A stretch of 64,000 bases of DNA. Origin: an uncultured Chloroflexia bacterium (lineage in GTDB: Bacteria > Chloroflexota > Limnocylindria > QHBO01). The first letter of the stretch is position 1. Each line of letters begins with the position of its first letter. Made by a program: the position numbers and the translations under genes. Where the stretch lies: assembly GCA_963827475.1 (NCBI GenBank), contig CAWHAZ010000004.1, positions 32,001 to 96,000 of the forward strand. The letters are read 5' to 3'. The notes under the pieces were generated by a model. That model saw only the letters and a list, made by a program, of their open reading frames with translations. It ran no database searches and was not told where the DNA came from. Of this stretch, positions 60,898 to 64,000 are shown in pieces.

Positions 60898-62546
60898 CCG
60901 CGCTCGGCGGCGACGCGATTGGCGGCAGTCTGGCTGTACGGGTTCCCGGTGACAGCGGACAGGAACGGCGCGCACTCGAGCCGGTACGCGCGGCAGTCCT
61001 CGGCCGCACTCACGGTCGCGTTGCGCGGCTGGCCACTGATGAGGGCCACCTCGCCGAACGACTGTCCGGCGCCCAGGTCGGCGAGGTGGGCACCGTCTCG
61101 GGTGACCTCGACGGTACCGTCGACGAGGACGTAGAAGGCATCACCCGGATCGCCCTGGCGGATGATCTCGCTGCCCCTGGGATACGCGACTTCCTGCAGT
61201 CCGCTCGCCAGACGCTCCATGACCGCGAGCGAGAGCGGCTCGAACATGGGCACGCCCTGGAGCAGGCGCAGCTGCTCACGGGGAACGATGAGCTGGTCGT
61301 CGAGCCGCCGCAGCCAGGGCCACAGGCCGATGGTGACGACGGGCAGGATGGCTCCGGCAATGATGAACGTCGTCTCGACACCGACTCGCTCGAGCAGAAA
61401 TGGGGCTGAGATCTCGCCTGCCGCGACGGTGAGCCCGATGGCGGCCTCGAGTACGCCCAGCACCCCGGCGCGGACGCGATCCGGGACCGTGCCCTGGAGC
61501 AGGGTGAACGCCGACGTGTCGACGAAGGAGTTGCTGAGCCCGCAGATGAGAAGGAGCACGATCGCCGCGAAGGGGTCCATGAAGATCCCGATCAGCAGGA
61601 TCGGCAATCCTCGCCCGATGAGGCCCAGCGCAAGGCTCGGGGCAAGCCGGGGACTCCCAACCAGCCCCAGGGCGAAGATGCCACCGATCAGGCTGCCAAT
61701 ACCGATCGCCGCGTTCAGGGTGCCGACGCCGGGCGAGCCCAGGCCCAGCGTCGCGATCGCGGCCTCCACCAGCAGGACGATCAGCATCCCGCGCACGAAG
61801 GTCCGCACCGAGAGCACCGCGATGAGCAGGCGCGGAGCGGGCAGGTGTCCGAGAGCCCGCAGTCCGTCCGCGGCAGCTCCGAGGACGGCGGCCGGATTCT
61901 TCCAGCTCCTCTCGGCGAGTGGCGCGACGGTCTGTGCGACGTCGATGCGCATGACGAACAGCGCAGCACCCGCCCTGGTGACGGCCACCACCACGGCGAC
62001 GGCCTCGGGCCCGGCGACCGCCAGGACCACTGCCGCCACCGCCGGCCCGAGAATCGCGCCGATGCCGTCGGAGGCGCCGCACACGACATTCGCGGCGATC
62101 AGCTCCCCGGGACGCCGGGCCAGGGCAGGGAGCAGGGCCATCTGCACCGGCCGCGCCGCCGCACCGACCGTGGCGGATACCCCAGCGAGGATGAAGACCG
62201 CCACCGCGTTGCCCTCGTCCTGCAGCGCGAACGCCAGCGCCGCAGCGGCGATGGCGCCGCCGGCGTAGATGGCCGCGAGGACTCGCTGTCGACGGAACCG
62301 GTCGCCCATGCCGGTGATGACCGGCACGGCGAAGACCGACGGCAGCATCTGGATGACGCCGATCAGCGCTACCGAGCCGGCCCCACCCACCTGGTACGCG
62401 AATACGTACAGGCTGACGTTCAGGGCCCATCGGCTGGAGAAGAAGGCGGTCCCGGTGAGGATGACGTTGCGGATGTGCGGGTTCGCGACCGCCTCACCGA
62501 ATGCAGCCCGCGACCGCGCGGCGTCAGCGCGGAGTCCCGCCGTCAT
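60894..62546 (-). CDS. MFS transporter fused to C-terminal cyclic-nucleotide-binding domain
   Basis: About 12 TM with GDRFRR motif; IIRQGDPGDAFY..FGEVALISGQPRNATV. Confidence 0.92.
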   Translation of the reverse strand: MTAGLRADAARSRAAFGEAVANPHIRNVILTGTAFFSSRWALNVSLYVFAYQVGGAGSVALIGVIQMLPSVFAVPVITGMGDRFRRQRVLAAIYAGGAIAAAALAFALQDEGNAVAVFILAGVSATVGAAARPVQMALLPALARRPGELIAANVVCGASDGIGAILGPAVAAVVLAVAGPEAVAVVVAVTRAGAALFVMRIDVAQTVAPLAERSWKNPAAVLGAAADGLRALGHLPAPRLLIAVLSVRTFVRGMLIVLLVEAAIATLGLGSPGVGTLNAAIGIGSLIGGIFALGLVGSPRLAPSLALGLIGRGLPILLIGIFMDPFAAIVLLLICGLSNSFVDTSAFTLLQGTVPDRVRAGVLGVLEAAIGLTVAAGEISAPFLLERVGVETTFIIAGAILPVVTIGLWPWLRRLDDQLIVPREQLRLLQGVPMFEPLSLAVMERLASGLQEVAYPRGSEIIRQGDPGDAFYVLVDGTVEVTRDGAHLADLGAGQSFGEVALISGQPRNATVSAAEDCRAYRLECAPFLSAVTGNPYSQTAANRVAAERG

Positions 62547-62673
62547 CGGCCGGTATGAGGTGCGCCCGTGCCCGCCACCTGGCCCATGCCTCCCCGATCG
62601 TCCCTCAGCAGTGGTCGGAGCCTAGGGACTCACCGGCCAGTACGTCAACGATCGGATGGGAGCCAGAGGAGTG

Positions 62674-62748
62674 TGGAGCCGAAGGTGGGATTCGAACCCA
62701 CGACCGACGGTTTACGAAACCGTTGCTCTACCCCTGAGCTACTTCGGC
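62674..62748 (-). tRNA. tRNA-Thr (CGT)
   Basis: GCCGAAGTAGCTCAGGGGTAGAGCAACGGTTTCGTAAACCGTCGGTCGTGGGTTCGAATCCCACCTTCGGCTCCA. Confidence 0.97.
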
Positions 62749-63563
62749 CCGGCGGGCGATTCTAGCGTCCCCGGCGGCGCCCAGCCGTGGAGCAGCTCGT
62801 CGTGGTACCGCGGCCCGCGGTCCAGGGAGCGGGGCACGGGCGCCATCCGGGCCTTTCCCTTCTGAACCAGGGCGAAGTACGGGCACAGGTCGGTCAGCGG
62901 GCAGAGGCCGCAGATCGGCCGCGGCGCGCGGCACACCTCACGACCGTGCCCGATGAACAGGACATGGGCGGCGTACATCGACTCGGGTGGCACGACCTCT
63001 TCGAGCAGATCGTGGGCGCGGGTCAGGTTGGTCTTCGGCGGCAGCAGCCCGAGGCGCGCGGCGACCCGGTAGACGTGGGTGTCGACCGGCAGCGCCGGTC
63101 GACCGAAGGCGAACAGCAGCACGATCGACGCGGTCTTGCGCCCGATGCCCGGCAGCGCCACCAGCCAGGCGAGGGCGTCCTCGAGCGGCCACTCCCCGAG
63201 AAACCCCAGGTCCCACGTCCCGTGCGTCGCGTCGTGGACCTCGGCCAGGACCTGCTGGATCCGCCGTGACTTGGTCGGCGCCAGGCCACCGGGGCGGATG
63301 ACATCGGCCAGCTCGTCGGTCGGTGCGGCCAGCACCGCGTCCCAGGTCGGGTAGGCGGCCCGCAGCGCAACGAACGCCCGGTGCGAGTTGATGTCGGCCG
63401 TGTTCTGGGCGAGGACGGTCAGCACCAGCTCGGCGACCGGGTCCAACCGAGGCCCGGACCAGGCGGGCAGGCCGTATCGGTCCGTCAGTCTCTCGAGGAT
63501 CGGACCGATGCGCGCGCGCCGCACGCGGCGCAGCGCGGCGAGCCGCCGACGGTTGACCTTCAC
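62739..63563 (-). CDS. nth: Endonuclease III (HhH-GPD, 4Fe-4S); 3' end uncertain
   Basis: VLAQNT, LPGIGRKTA, PVDTHVYRV, CRAPRPICGLCPLTDLC. Confidence 0.92.
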   Translation of the reverse strand: MKVNRRRLAALRRVRRARIGPILERLTDRYGLPAWSGPRLDPVAELVLTVLAQNTADINSHRAFVALRAAYPTWDAVLAAPTDELADVIRPGGLAPTKSRRIQQVLAEVHDATHGTWDLGFLGEWPLEDALAWLVALPGIGRKTASIVLLFAFGRPALPVDTHVYRVAARLGLLPPKTNLTRAHDLLEEVVPPESMYAAHVLFIGHGREVCRAPRPICGLCPLTDLCPYFALVQKGKARMAPVPRSLDRGPRYHDELLHGWAPPGTLESPAGPK

Positions 63564-64000
63564 GTCGCGCTGACGCGCGCGACCTCGCGCGCGTAGCCGG
63601 ACCAGGCTCCCGCTCCCAGGCGCGAGGCGGCGCCGAGGTCGATGATCCGCCCGCGACCCTCCTGCCGCTCCGACCACGTCTCCGCGTGCTCTGACGAGCA
63701 CAGCAGGACGGTCGGCGCACAGAAGTCCTCGCGCATCCGCGGTCCACCGGTGGCCAGCCACAGCCGCTCCGGTCGATCGGCCGTGGCCCCACCCGGCAGC
63801 GGGAGGGCGATGGCCCGGCCGCAGACCCCGCAGCGGGTCGAGATGGAAGCCGGCTCTCCGAGAGCGGCAGCGATCCCGATCGCGTCGTACGCGCACCACG
63901 TCCGGTAGTCCCGCCCGCGCAGGAGCATGCCGTGCGGCGCCGGCCCGAGCGTCAGCCCGCCTGCCCCGACCACGAAGCCGGACGGATCCCGATCGACCAG
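63560..64000 (-). CDS. merB: Alkylmercury lyase MerB-like protein (5' part outside the window)
   Basis: GLTL..H..TWCAYDAIGI (CxxD), C..CG..I, DFC..LCSSEHAETW. Confidence 0.78.
   Translation of the reverse strand: MVDRDPSGFVVGAGGLTLGPAPHGMLLRGRDYRTWCAYDAIGIAAALGEPASISTRCGVCGRAIALPLPGGATADRPERLWLATGGPRMREDFCAPTVLLCSSEHAETWSERQEGRGRIIDLGAASRLGAGAWSGYAREVARVSAT

Noticed and set aside
62739-62764. nth coding sequence overlapping tRNA-Thr
   Set aside because: Probably a 3' frameshift artefact; a TAG at 62762-62764 in another frame, part of the tRNA TAGAAT -10 box, is the likelier stop

Overview
High-GC chromosomal segment, densely coding, with about 60 genes, 2 tRNAs (Glu-TTC, Thr-CGT) and a TPP riboswitch. 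Gene content and style suggest Chloroflexota, possibly Limnocylindria-like (inference only). More than 20 genes are split by single-base frameshifts, which most likely reflects uncorrected long-read errors. I found no integrase, transposase or CRISPR array. Main blocks: GltD-like oxidoreductase; PBP with an SbcCD/YhaNO-like nuclease pair; TPP-controlled thiN plus ECF thiamine transporter; M23 peptidase; an HTH-4xGAF-GGDEF diguanylate cyclase; a DNA-repair neighbourhood (WYL regulator, Ku, ligase-like domain lacking its catalytic lysine, intact LigB); a kinase/phospho-lyase fusion; galU-pknB-trxA-Cys-rich protein-folC-folP/folB; HtrA with a two-component system; rplY; opp permeases; K+ channel; a large amine/amino-alcohol catabolic region (two APC permeases, GlnA4/PuuA-like ligase, SDR, ALDH, choline kinase, GcvT-family dehydrogenase, PuuD) interrupted by murT-gatD; MFS-cNMP fusion; nth coupled to a MerB-like gene. 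The best candidates for new biology are the Ku plus pseudo-ligase plus WYL module, the kinase plus demethylase amino-alcohol pathway, the DNA-binding multi-GAF cyclase, a Cys-rich protein with Arg repeats, and pervasive leaderless and CTG-initiated translation. All calls rest on motif reading by eye; no searches were run.
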